Part shown: positions 1-10,329 of the stretch, one piece after another | How positions within the stretch are numbered: the stretch's first letter is position 1 | Layout of the letters: each line of letters begins with the position of its first letter | Origin: Setoptus koraiensis | Lineage: Eukaryota; Animalia; Arthropoda | Assembly (NCBI GenBank): GCA_048013815.1 | Contig: CM106585.1 | Coordinates: 17,856,001 to 17,920,000, forward strand | DNA: 64,000 bases | Reading direction: 5' to 3' | Notes under the pieces: generated by a model | What the model was told of the DNA's origin: nothing | What the model saw: the letters and a program-made list of their open reading frames with translations, nothing else | Databases searched by the model: none | Made by a program: the position numbers and the translations under genes

Positions 1-216
1 ATCACTGATCGTAATGTTCTGAATGTGATACTAACTCGCGCCAAGCACGGTCTCATTATCATCGGCAACGCGGTGGCTTTGTCCAGCAGCCCCCTGCTAA
101 ATTCGTTCGTAAACTATTGTTCTGATGAGGACCTGCTTTACTCAGAATCGCTATCGAAAAATTCTCGGCCCGTCACATTAGATCAACTCATGGAGTGCAC
201 CATTGTAACTCAGTAA
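1..216 (+). CDS. 3' end of a UPF1-like SF1B helicase, cut by the window edge; intact or pseudogene status unknown
   Basis: Frame is open from base 1: ITDRNVLNVILTRAKHGLIIIGNAVALSSSPLLNSFVNYCSDEDLLYSE. This is motif VI plus the C-terminal tail seen in the paralogues at 1633 and 21750. Confidence 0.8.
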   Translation: MTDRNVLNVILTRAKHGLIIIGNAVALSSSPLLNSFVNYCSDEDLLYSESLSKNSRPVTLDQLMECTIVTQ

Positions 217-429
217 TTGTTGCTTCGCCAAAGAAAACACTTCATAAATAAATTGAACATTCATGAGGCCGTGCCTTGCAGCGTCAGTCAGCTAAGTTGC
301 ATTTTGCGTATATTGTTGTTATCTTTTTCTCAGTTCAATCAAGCTCTGTACACTGCCTTATCATCTCTCGTTGTTGTTTTGCTCGCGATCATCAGATTGT
401 AACATGATGCTCTCAATCCAAATGTATAG

Positions 430-1500
430 GTTATAGTCTTTTTGTTCTCCCGGCGAATTTTGAAAGGGGAGGATTACAGCCGAGGAGAATCATCTTGGCC
501 TCAAATCAGGTAACGACTACCCTGGATTCAAGGGTATATATCAAAGTTGTAAGCAATCTAATCATACCTGTCATGTAGAGAACTGTGTATCATAAGATGA
601 AGTTCAATCGAGTAGAAAATCATCATTCTAAGATGATTGGTTGGCTATTGATTGAGGAACGCCAATCGGAAGTGAAAAGGCTCGAATGCAATCTAGTTGC
701 CGGCACATGTCACAAGCGACGTCACTTCGATCCCAATAAATATTTATATTTGAAGAAGTCAAGTAGTAGTCGAAACTGTGAGACTTTTGTGTTGCTTTAT
801 AACTGACCGTGTCCATTTGTTGACAGCAGCACCATGATTATGTTCATAACGGCTCCGATGATAGGTTATCATTAGATGCAGATGGCAGGCACTTATTTAC
901 GGAAGTAATTCTAGAATCACGTATATTTCGAAAACGAGACGGTTCGGAGTTAGTTCGGCGGAGCAAACTCCAAACCGGTAGCTTCACAATCCGCGAAGCC
1001 ATATTTCACGTGTAAAGGAGCCCGTGAGTTAAGTCTCAGTTCTTCACGAAAAAGACTTTATTCGATGAAGTTCGTTCACGTGAGAATAATGAGCGATTGA
1101 CAAATAAATGTTGATAAGTTGTACTTGTGAGTACATGAACTCCGTGATCCGACTCTGGATTCCAGAGTCTGGAATGCCTGAAACTCAAATGGTACTTGTG
1201 TGATCTCTAGTACACATGTAGGCACACTGCAGAGAGGCGAGGTCTTCTCAAGCACTACTTGCGCCTCGTCGGCGTCAAATTTCGGTCACAATCATCATTT
1301 GTTTCATTCGGATACATGTCCCGTGTTGAGCGGCTCAACTTGAGCCAACAATGTTGCAAGCTGGCCTGTAATGATGAAGCCGTTGTTTTCATGGCGTGCT
1401 TGTGACTTGTTGCATTGAACTTTCATATTGCGCGGACTTGGAAAAAAGAAGCACGCCGAGTTATTGTTCAAAACTTGTGATCCACGGGGACAATGAAGTG
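430..1500 (+). pseudogene. Decayed 5'/middle part of a UPF1-like helicase copy
   Basis: Stop-broken peptides match the intact paralogues in order: VS*DEVQSSRKSSF*DDWLAID (cf. SIEEIRLLDNLSFYDDWFEHD), GSFTIREAIF (cf. GLFTISNATF) and TCASS at ~1258 (cf. ICASS). Confidence 0.6.
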
Positions 1501-1632
1501 AAATTCTCATACCCTTGCATCAAGTCAATATTCCCGTAAATTAAAGTTTAATTATTAAACACATACTGGTATTCCGATTGTGTAATTCTGATTGCAAAAA
1601 TTCTCATTGCGGAATCTCAGTACCCTTAGCAA

Positions 1633-4029
1633 ATGGACCCCATGACAAATGCAGCCCTTGTGTCAGTTCGCCTTAACATTCTAGTGAATCAGTCCGACGA
1701 GGCAATCGAGGAATTACAATTCGACGACTGCGAAGCAAACTCGGTCGACCTCGAAACACTGGAGCTTATTCTCAAGGCAGCACCCAATCTCACGTCACTC
1801 AAATTTACAAATCGAAAAGGACAGAATGTAATCAGGAGAATAGGGCCCGATGCTCACTACATCATAACAGACAATTGTTCGAAATTGATAAGCCTCGACG
1901 TGTCTGGGGTGTCAATCGCTCCAACTGAGCTCTCATCGATTAGGACGAAATGTAATCAAATAACAACACTGAAAGTAACTGAAAGTAAACTGGATGACCC
2001 AGGAGAGCTGCAAATTCTCAGACGTACCGGGTATACAGACAGACGCATACACATTACTTCGACACCAGAAAAAGAAGCTGACGCAGTATCGAGAGAGGAA
2101 ACTCAATTGACGGATGAACTGTCATCCGCTCATGGCTATGATTGGCTTACAAGAGACCTTAGTGACTTTGATCAAACAGTGACAGAAATAGAATGGGGTG
2201 ATGTTTCGAATGGATGTTACAAAGATTGCATCGCGTCAATGAGAATAGATGAATCGTTCCTTCAAGATTTAGACAAATACTCCGAGTTGGAATTGTTCCA
2301 ATGCAATCGAGTTGGCGAGGCGATATGGTCAGAAGGTTGTTGGTTCTATCGTTGCGATCATCCAAGTTCTAGCGGCCATCTCTGCGTTGTATTCAAGAAT
2401 GTACCAGACAACTTCACAACATATTACATGCATAACGTATCGAAGCGACCTGAATGTATATTCAAATTAACTAATCTCAAGCTCCACAAAATACATCGAA
2501 AAAAGAGAGATACTCTGAATGCACTGAAACGAATTTCTTTTGACTATCTGTTGCGTTCAATTATTCTTGCACAAGAAGATAAATACAGTACATTAGGAAG
2601 AAGAAACACGTTGAAATCTGCATCGATAGACAAGGCGAAGTTAGACAATGATTTAAGTCCGCTCAATGGTGATCAGATTCTGGCAATCAACAACTCATTG
2701 TGTAATAGAGTCAGTCTAATCATGGGACCTCCTGGTACAGGCAAGACTTACACTTCGGCCTTGCTGGCTCTCAAATTATTCAAGACGAGAATCTCTAGAA
2801 ACTCAAAGATACTTGTTTGTGCATCAAGTGATGCAGCCATCGATAGCATTGCAGATTTGATCCATGAAAACGGGCAGCTCACACTGGTTAAGTTCGGTGA
2901 TGGGATCAATTCGAAACCCTATTGCCTGCATGTGGCTCTACGAAGCATGGCAGATCACGGCGAACAATGTAGCGAAGAACTGTGGGAAGGTCTCAAGAGG
3001 ATCATCCTAAAGGAGAGGCAGGTGATTTGTTGCACTTGTAATAATATTCCTGATTTGATCTCATACGGTCCCTTCATATTTGATTCTGTGATTCTCGATG
3101 ATTGCAATCAGACCGATCTGACTGAAGGCCTGTTAGTTCTGCAAACATTGCCAAGACGTATTGTGCTTGTGGGTGAAGACCGTCTACTGTACAATAAGCT
3201 CCACAGCAAAGTCATAGGTGCAGGTTTCAAGCCGTCCAAGTTATCTATGCAATACCGAATGCATCCAGAGATAGCAAATCTTCGTAGCGAACACCGCAAT
3301 CAATATTCGTCGACGAAAGACGGCGTCTTATCCATGGACAGGCAATGGACCGGCAGAAAAGGCGAATGTCCATTCCCCAGCACCGACAGGCCCATTTATT
3401 TTCACTGCCACAATTCGGAGGAAAGTTCGAGAGATGGAGGGATGTCATGGATCAATGAAGGAGAAGTCGACGATGTTGTGGCCACAATCCAAGTTCTACT
3501 CTCGAGAGGTGTCAAGAGCAGTGAGATTGGGGTAATAACTTTTTTTGAGGATCAAAGGACTATCATCAGAGACCGAACGATGTCAATAGACTCCAAGGGA
3601 GAGATGAGCAAAAGGGACAGCTCAGCCGATCATATTGATTGTGGGATTGATTTGGATCATAAGATGAGTCCAAATGACAAAATTATTGTAGACGATGTCA
3701 TAGATGTGGACACTGTTGACGCTTTTCGAAATCGCGACAAAAACTACATCATCGTTTCATTTGTTAGGTCAAAAGAGTGCGCTGATCTCATAATTGGTCG
3801 GAGTGTTCGGAATTTGATGCTATCTCGAGCCAAGTACGGTCTCATTTTCATTGGCAACGCGGTGGCTTTGTCCAGCTGTCCCATGCTAATTTCGTTTATA
3901 AACTATTGTTCTGATCGGGGCCTGCTTTACTCAGAATTGTTATCGAAAAATTCTCAGCCTGTCACATGGGACCGGGCCAAGAGAGCCATTGTACCTGTGA
4001 GTGCCTCGCAAACGAAAAAACCTTATTAA
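1633..4029 (+). CDS. LRR-like N-terminus + UPF1-like SF1B helicase with degenerate ATPase motifs (798 aa)
   Basis: Walker A GPPGTGKT (2725-2748); motif II DDCNQ instead of DExxQ; motif III GED with no QLxP; QYRMHPEI; TVDAFRNRD; LSRAKYG. N-terminal CSKLISLDVS and CNQITTLKV resemble FBXL-type LRRs. Single uninterrupted ORF. Confidence 0.9.
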   Translation: MDPMTNAALVSVRLNILVNQSDEAIEELQFDDCEANSVDLETLELILKAAPNLTSLKFTNRKGQNVIRRIGPDAHYIITDNCSKLISLDVSGVSIAPTELSSIRTKCNQITTLKVTESKLDDPGELQILRRTGYTDRRIHITSTPEKEADAVSREETQLTDELSSAHGYDWLTRDLSDFDQTVTEIEWGDVSNGCYKDCIASMRIDESFLQDLDKYSELELFQCNRVGEAIWSEGCWFYRCDHPSSSGHLCVVFKNVPDNFTTYYMHNVSKRPECIFKLTNLKLHKIHRKKRDTLNALKRISFDYLLRSIILAQEDKYSTLGRRNTLKSASIDKAKLDNDLSPLNGDQILAINNSLCNRVSLIMGPPGTGKTYTSALLALKLFKTRISRNSKILVCASSDAAIDSIADLIHENGQLTLVKFGDGINSKPYCLHVALRSMADHGEQCSEELWEGLKRIILKERQVICCTCNNIPDLISYGPFIFDSVILDDCNQTDLTEGLLVLQTLPRRIVLVGEDRLLYNKLHSKVIGAGFKPSKLSMQYRMHPEIANLRSEHRNQYSSTKDGVLSMDRQWTGRKGECPFPSTDRPIYFHCHNSEESSRDGGMSWINEGEVDDVVATIQVLLSRGVKSSEIGVITFFEDQRTIIRDRTMSIDSKGEMSKRDSSADHIDCGIDLDHKMSPNDKIIVDDVIDVDTVDAFRNRDKNYIIVSFVRSKECADLIIGRSVRNLMLSRAKYGLIFIGNAVALSSCPMLISFINYCSDRGLLYSELLSKNSQPVTWDRAKRAIVPVSASQTKKPY

Positions 4030-4050
4030 TAAATCGAACACACATTGAAC

Positions 4051-4366
4051 ACTGCAGTAAAAATTCCATCCGATAGATTTGTGCCGAATAAGCCATCCTC
4101 TTGACATTATAAATGCGAGAAAAAAACATCCGAAGGCGACGAGGCATCCCAAGGGGTCTTTCCCGTTTAGTGTTTAGAGGGGCCCAACTACGTCCGCCGA
4201 TTGCCCAATTGGCGTTTTCACTGCGATCATTGCTGGCTTGTATGATATGATTTTAGCCCAAGCTATTCGTTTGCAGCAGGTGAAAAGAATCACAAAAGCT
4301 GAACGACAAAACAAAGCGGATGCGACATTGCAACTGTTGGGTGAACTACTGCAATGGACGGATTAG
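4051..4366 (+). pseudogene. Truncated serine-protease-homologue pseudogene directly behind the helicase stop codons
   Basis: In the helicase frame after TAA TAA: KIPSDRFVPNKPSS*...EGDEASQGVFP. After a frameshift/deletion: TTSADCPIGVFTAIIAGLYD...QNKADATLQLLGELLQWTD*. This matches SPH1/SPH7 (PASDRWIPNK, RGDEAAGLFPW, LTAAYCPI...DEALDWTD). Confidence 0.8.
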
Positions 4367-4650
4367 CCAAAACGCTCAATGTATTGTGGAAAAATCTTCG
4401 ATCGTTGGTGAGAGCAAGAGTTGATCAAGCTTTTACTTCAAGTTGATCAGTCAACAGTTTCGATAGAAAAAAATATTACAGTTTTGGCCTGGGAGTGCGA
4501 TTGATGCCAACTGAAAAGTATCATATTACCATTGCAGGCATTTATATCAGAGTCTCAGCTCTGAAAACAGGCCGCAGAGAGTGGATCGATTTGTTGATCA
4601 ATAGACCTTTGGATAGATGCACAGACAGAAAGCTTCAGACATCCGAAAAG
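4367..4650 (+). pseudogene. Decayed helicase C-terminus forming the 5' leader of SPH1
   Basis: SVNSFDRKKYYSFGLGVRLMPTEKYHITIAG...DRCTDRKLQTSEK|M aligns with helicase TVDAFRNRDKNYIIVSFVR...TRAKYGLIFIG...CSDRGLLYSE, in frame with the SPH ATG. Confidence 0.7.
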
Positions 4651-5733
4651 ATGGCTCTCTTGCTTTTGCAGAAACTTCTCTTTGTCGCAACGTGTCTCAC
4701 ATTGGCGATTTTAGTTTTGACACCCGATGAACAGTCTGCAAAAGGTGCTGTAGAACATTTAGAGCGAACGCACAGAACGGAATATGGCGATATTGAGTTT
4801 TATAAAGCGAAAAAACATATCAAGTCACCAGCGGCTCGAGGTGTGGGAGACAGAAAAAAACGCATACCGAAAGCTAAGCGAGATAACGATTTTCAGGTCA
4901 AGTGTGGTATAAATGCTAATCCCGCTAGTGATAGATGGATACCGAATAAGCCTCCGCCCTCTACAGGTAAGAAAAGAATTACCAGAGGCCAGGCGACAAA
5001 TGAAGGCGATTTTCCGTGGTTAGTGTATATAGGAACGCTATCTGCCGATGGAATGCCTATTAAATTGGAATGTGGTGGCACAATCATATATGAGCGAATT
5101 GTGTTGACGGCCGCCTACTGCCCAATTTCCGAAAACACTGTAGTCATTGCCGGCATGTGGGATTTAAAGGCGAGCATTCCTAATTCTAGACAACAACACA
5201 GAAAAGTAGCACGATTCGATCGACACAAGAGCCTAGATGTAGCATTGCTACTGTTGGATGAAGCGCTGGACTGGACAGATTATGTTAGACCTGCTTGCTT
5301 GCCACCATGGCCGGGGTCAGACCACACTCTAGAGGAAGGCACAGAGGTCACTATAGCCGGCTGGGGACTTACGGAACCGGGAAAAGATGGCAAAGGACGC
5401 TTTCCAGCTACAGCAAGAGCTGCTATTGTGAAAATCCAACCCGAACAATCATGCCTCCGTTTTCCAGAGCTCAAGAAATTCTACGATCACGCATCTCATT
5501 TTTGTTCACATCCACAGGAATTCCATGATGAAAAATATCCTGCAGGAGTGTGCGATGGTGATAAAGGTGGACCAGCGTTTTATGTCAGAAATGGTGTCTG
5601 GGAGGTTCATGGCGTAATATTCGGCGGAACGTGCCATGGCCTAACCGGTTATTCAAGAGTGACTTTATTACTGGATTGGATCGATACATTTAAAACTCTT
5701 CATGCCGGTACGAAGCCAGAACATAATGATTAA
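4651..5733 (+). CDS. Secreted trypsin-fold serine protease homologue SPH1 (predicted inactive)
   Basis: Signal peptide MALLLLQKLLFVATCLTLAILVL; activation site KKR|ITRG; His57->Y (TAAYC); Asp102 kept (DVALL); Ser195->K (GDKGGP). An upstream in-frame ATG exists at 4504. Confidence 0.9.
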   Translation: MALLLLQKLLFVATCLTLAILVLTPDEQSAKGAVEHLERTHRTEYGDIEFYKAKKHIKSPAARGVGDRKKRIPKAKRDNDFQVKCGINANPASDRWIPNKPPPSTGKKRITRGQATNEGDFPWLVYIGTLSADGMPIKLECGGTIIYERIVLTAAYCPISENTVVIAGMWDLKASIPNSRQQHRKVARFDRHKSLDVALLLLDEALDWTDYVRPACLPPWPGSDHTLEEGTEVTIAGWGLTEPGKDGKGRFPATARAAIVKIQPEQSCLRFPELKKFYDHASHFCSHPQEFHDEKYPAGVCDGDKGGPAFYVRNGVWEVHGVIFGGTCHGLTGYSRVTLLLDWIDTFKTLHAGTKPEHND

Positions 5734-5760
5734 AAGAACTTGATCCACAACCAGACATTT

Positions 5761-6123
5761 GGAGATTTTTTATTTTTATTTAAATCAGCCAGCTGTGGAG
5801 CCATGGTTAAAATCAAATCCGTGGTCTAAATGTTTTTTTTTATTTAAATCATGGTTTCTATGCTTTTTTTTTGCGAACGATTTTAACCGACCATTGTAAT
5901 CAATTGCAATTCGTTAAAATCACACACTGGCCTGCTCAATGGAAAAATCGAATCAAAACCATGTTGATTTTAATCAAACCAATGAAAACCATTAAGACCG
6001 TGATTTAAATCACATATTCTTAATAGCGACCAGATTTTTATTGATTGAAACCATTGATTTAAATCAAATGATTTAAATCGTGATTCAAATCAAATGATTT
6101 ATATCAAAAAAATCTTCACTCTA
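5761..6123. mobile_element. Non-autonomous hAT-like (MITE) remnant
   Basis: AT-rich block with repeated GATTTAAATC/TTTAAATCA motifs, absent after the other SPH copies. Imperfect terminal inverted match: GGAGATTTTTT at 5761 versus reverse complement TAGAGTGAAGATTTTTTT at 6123. No transposase; target-site duplication not identified. Confidence 0.45.
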
Positions 6124-6780
6124 CGAAGATAGCACATCGCAGCGATACGAGTCATACGATGAGCAGTCCTCAACCAAACTGTGACCGATGACCATTATAT
6201 ATCTGGCAGATCTTCGATGCGGAGATCGTCAGTCTACTGAGTAGAATCTACTCTGTTAGTTATCGCAAATAGCAGCGGCGACTGGGCTAGCAATGAGGTA
6301 TTTCCAAGAATGTTACAACTCAGAGGACTGGCAGCCATTTTATAATGACAGTTTCGTATTCATCAGTTTTTCTCTCAGTTTTAACATGAAATGCACCTCG
6401 ATGGTGGCTAATTATATCTATCTATTAATATATCAATCTAATTATAACTATCTAATTGATGCGTCAGTCTGGTTCATCAAGTAGCGATGTTCTAGCCAAG
6501 GAGCTCAATGTATTGTAGGAAAATCTTCGATCGCTGATGTGAGCAAGGGTTGAGTAGGTTTTTACTTGCATTAGATCAGGCAACGGTGTTGGTAAAAAGA
6601 CGTATTGCGGCTTTCAGCCAGAGAGTGCGATAATTGCCAACTGAAAAGTATCTTATTACCATTGCAGGCATTTGGAACAGAGTCTCAGCTCAGAAAACAG
6701 GCCGCAGAGAGTGGATCGATCTGTTGATCAATAGACCTTTGGATAGATTCACAGACAGAAAGCTTAAGACATCCGAAAAG

Positions 6781-7878
6781 ATGGCTCTCTTGCTTTTGCA
6801 GAAAATTCTCGTTGTCGCAACATGTGTCACATTGGCGATTTTAGTTTTGACACCCGATGAACAGTTTGCAACAAGTGCTGTAGAACATTTAGAGCGAACG
6901 CACAGAACGGAATATGGCGACATTGAATTGTACAAAGCGAAAAAACATATCAAGTCATCAGAGGCTCGAGGTATGCAAGATAAAAAATCGCGCAAACCGA
7001 TTGATGCAAAAATTAACAAGTTTGATATCATGTGCGGCGTACCTGAGAATCCCGTTAGTGAAAGATTTATACCGAATAAGGACAAACCAACCTATAAAGG
7101 CAAGCAAAGAATTTCCGGAGACGTAGGAGTGGCACCTCAAGAGGATTTTCCGTGGTTAGTGTTTCTAGGATCGCAAGCTCCAGATCGACCTGGACTTCAA
7201 GTATTATGTGGTGGCACAATCATACATGAGCAAGTTATCTTGACATCTAGCCGAACTTGTCCAATCAGCAAAAACACCGTGGTCGTTGCCGGTGAACATG
7301 ATATATCCGATCCATATCCTAACGAACGGAAACAATACAGAAAGATAAAAAAAGTACAACGACACAAAATCGAAGATGTGGCATTGCTACTGTTAGATAG
7401 ACCACTGAATTGGACAAATTATGTTAGACCTGCTTGCTTGCCACCATGGACAGGAAAAGAAGATCTTGGGCACCTATTGAGCGAAACGGAAGTCACTATA
7501 GCTGGTTGGGGAGCTTCGTATTTTGAAGATGGAAAAGGAAAGTATCCGAGTTTAACGAGAGCTGCCGTTGTGCCAATAAAGGATGAAGCATTTTGCCAGA
7601 GCGAGGTCAACAAAATGAATAACGGAAAATACAATCATTATTCTAATTTTTGTACATACCTTTGGATCCGCTGGGACCCTAATCAGTCAGCCTGCCCTTA
7701 TGATTCAGGTGGACCGGCGTTATATGTCAGAAATCGTCGCTGGGAAGTGTATGGCGTAATATCCTGGGGAAAATGCGAAGGCGTAACCGTTTATACTAGG
7801 GTGACCATATTAATAGACTGGATTGAGAAGTTTAAAGTTACTCATCATGTTGCGAATGCCGGAAACAGACAGCGGTAG
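6781..7878 (+). CDS. Secreted serine protease homologue SPH2 (predicted inactive)
   Basis: Same leader as SPH1; KQR|ISGD; His motif replaced by TSSRTC; Asp kept; Ser195 kept but G193->Y (YDSGGP). Confidence 0.9.
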   Translation: MALLLLQKILVVATCVTLAILVLTPDEQFATSAVEHLERTHRTEYGDIELYKAKKHIKSSEARGMQDKKSRKPIDAKINKFDIMCGVPENPVSERFIPNKDKPTYKGKQRISGDVGVAPQEDFPWLVFLGSQAPDRPGLQVLCGGTIIHEQVILTSSRTCPISKNTVVVAGEHDISDPYPNERKQYRKIKKVQRHKIEDVALLLLDRPLNWTNYVRPACLPPWTGKEDLGHLLSETEVTIAGWGASYFEDGKGKYPSLTRAAVVPIKDEAFCQSEVNKMNNGKYNHYSNFCTYLWIRWDPNQSACPYDSGGPALYVRNRRWEVYGVISWGKCEGVTVYTRVTILIDWIEKFKVTHHVANAGNRQR

Positions 7879-7919
7879 GAGTTATTCAACAGGCGGACTC
7901 TTAACAAATCATGATTGAC

Positions 7920-8590
7920 AATCATTAGTTCTTGTTGGCTATATCTGGCAGATTTTTGACGCGGATGTCGTCAGTCGTCTACTTTGTGAATTATCGCGTA
8001 AAGCGGGCTCGACAGGGTTGGCCATGAGGCATCTCCAAGAATGTTATAACTCAGAGCGATCAATTCGTGCATATATTGTGCTTCTTTCTCTCTACTCACT
8101 TGTGCGCACAGCTTCTCAATCCTTCGTGCTAAATAAATCTTGCTGCAAATAAATTCTTAATGAATTAACAAACTATTCGAGGTTGAGTTTATCTCGGCGA
8201 ACAAAAGTTACAAATCCGTTTTCATTTGGTGAATCTTAAGTAGACTGGGCTGGACAATGCGACGTTCCGGTAATCTGACCGGATGGGTGGTGCTTGTATC
8301 GGGCAGTATTCTATGTGAGTGATTCCGTTCTTCATGGAAATTGATGCATGCTCACAAAAACTATGGAGTTGAACTGGACACTAGACGTCTAGCACTACTT
8401 TATTGTGTCACTAGTTAGATCACGGGGGTATTCATGTTTTTTATCACTGTCCGTAATATATCCAATGTGATGCGTGATCAAGCTCGACACCGCAACAACA
8501 TAATGGCCAGCGCACTTGCTGCTAGGAACAATCGTTCGGCGAATTCGTAGCTCGAATATTGCTCTAGTGGTGGCTTGCGGCACTAACAAC
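7920..8590 (+). pseudogene. Heavily decayed UPF1-like helicase copy
   Basis: IVSLVRSRG at ~8402 and NVMRDQARH...ASALAARNN...YCSSGGL match IVSLVRS...NVTLTRAKYG...GNALALLNN...DCSSRAL. Confidence 0.6.
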
Positions 8591-8607
8591 TTGTCAGTGA
8601 GTGACGA

Positions 8608-9788
8608 TTGCCCGACAAACCGGAAACTTTTGATACGTTCGACCCGCTGACCGAGTTATTGCCCGATTCGAAACCCTACGACCTCGATGTGGCTGAATGG
8701 AGCATGGCGACTAATGACGTCAATGGAATATATGGAGAGGAAGATAGGAAAAGGCAAAGGAAAGAACAGGATGAAAGTCGCAAGAAGTTAATCCTCAAGG
8801 ATATACAGGTAATTTGTTGCACTTACAATGACATTCTTGAACTGATCACATATGGTCCCTTTTTGTTTGATTCTATAATTGCTGATGATTGCAGCCAGAC
8901 CAACCTCGCTGATAGCATATTAGTTCTGCAAACTTTGCCAAGACGTATTGTGCTTGTGGGTGAAGAGGAGCCGATTGAAGAAGATATCCCGACGAAAGAA
9001 CACAGCTGTTCGAAAGGAGTTCTCCTCAGCAAAGTCTTAGGTGCAGGGTTTGAGCCGATAATGCTTGATGTTCAATACCGGATGCATCCAGAGATAGCAA
9101 CTTTTTCCAACAGATACTTTTACCGAGGAAAGATACAAAACGGTATTCAAGCAAGCGACAGACAATGGACAGGCACAATAGGTGGATGTCCATTTCCCAA
9201 GCCTGATGAGCTTATTTATTTTCAGTGCCACGATTCAGAGGGAAGCTCGAGAGATGGAGGGATATCAAGGATCAATGACGGAGAAGTTGACGCTGTTGTG
9301 GCCACAATTCAAGTATTGCTCTCGAGAGGCATAAAGAAGCATGAAATCTGGATGATAACACCATTTGAAGATCAAAGCAATATCATCAGAGAACTATCGT
9401 GGTCTTTATACTCCAAGGGAAAGATATGCAAGAGGGACGATTCCGATATGGAGCCTATAGTGGCAAAATTATTGTAGACCATGTAGATGTGAGCACTGCT
9501 GGCGCCTTACGAAATTGCGAGAAAAACTATATCATCGTGTCACTCGTTAGATCAAAAGAGTGCTCTGATTTCATCATGGACCGAAATGTTTTGAATGAGA
9601 TGCTAACTCGAGCAAAATACGGTCTCATTGTCATCGGCAACGCGGTGGCCTTATGCAGCAGTCCATTGCTGAATCTCTTTATAAACGATCGGTCCAATCG
9701 TGGCCTGCTTTACTCAGAATTGTTATCAGAGAATTCTCGGCCCGTCACATTAGCTGAGCTCAGGAGGGGCACAATTGTAACTCCGTGA
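8608..9788 (+). pseudogene. 5'-deleted, frameshifted UPF1-like helicase (DD-type lineage)
   Basis: No Walker A; DDCSQ, QYRMHPEI and ITPFEDQ in ORF 8608-9477. The frame then shifts into ORF 9399-9788, which carries NYIIVSLVRS and LTRAKYG. Confidence 0.85.
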
Positions 9789-10329
9789 TCGCTGCCTCGA
9801 TAACACACACATAAATCCAACATACATTGAACACTCAGGGACTCGTGCCTCGCGGCGAAATTCAGTTAGCCAAGTCGCATTTTAAGCATCTTGTTGTTTC
9901 CTTTTTCTTACTTCAATCAAGCTTTATACGCTGCGATACCATCTCTTGTAGTCTGACTTGTTCTAAAGGTCAACTTCGAGAACCGAGATTGAAGGGTCAG
10001 GTTCGATAAAAAAAAGCATAGAAGGGAAAAAAGCAAAAGACGGTATTTCGGCTCTAGCTTGAGGGTACAATAGATTTCAACTAAAGTTTATTCTATCATC
10101 AGTGAGTAAGGCTAGTTCTAGCAGGAGTACATAACGCTCGAGAAAATAAGTGTTCACTAGTTGCATCATACAACTTGTGTGATGCGAGTGATCCGGCTGT
10201 TGAATTCTCGAGTGATATCAACAACTCGCGTAATCTCGAGCATACGCAGTATCTGACCAGGTAAACAGGCAAGGCCTCTTCCCGCACGATTCGCGCCTCG
10301 CTAGCTGAAATTCTGTTCAGCATAATAAT

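Noticed and set aside
10099-10323. Repeated minus-strand ORF (also 12811-13053 and 16841-17065) with a BACK-like ISLENS...LYDA look.
   Set aside because: It recurs only because the block is recently duplicated. The + strand here is the start of the F-box relic.
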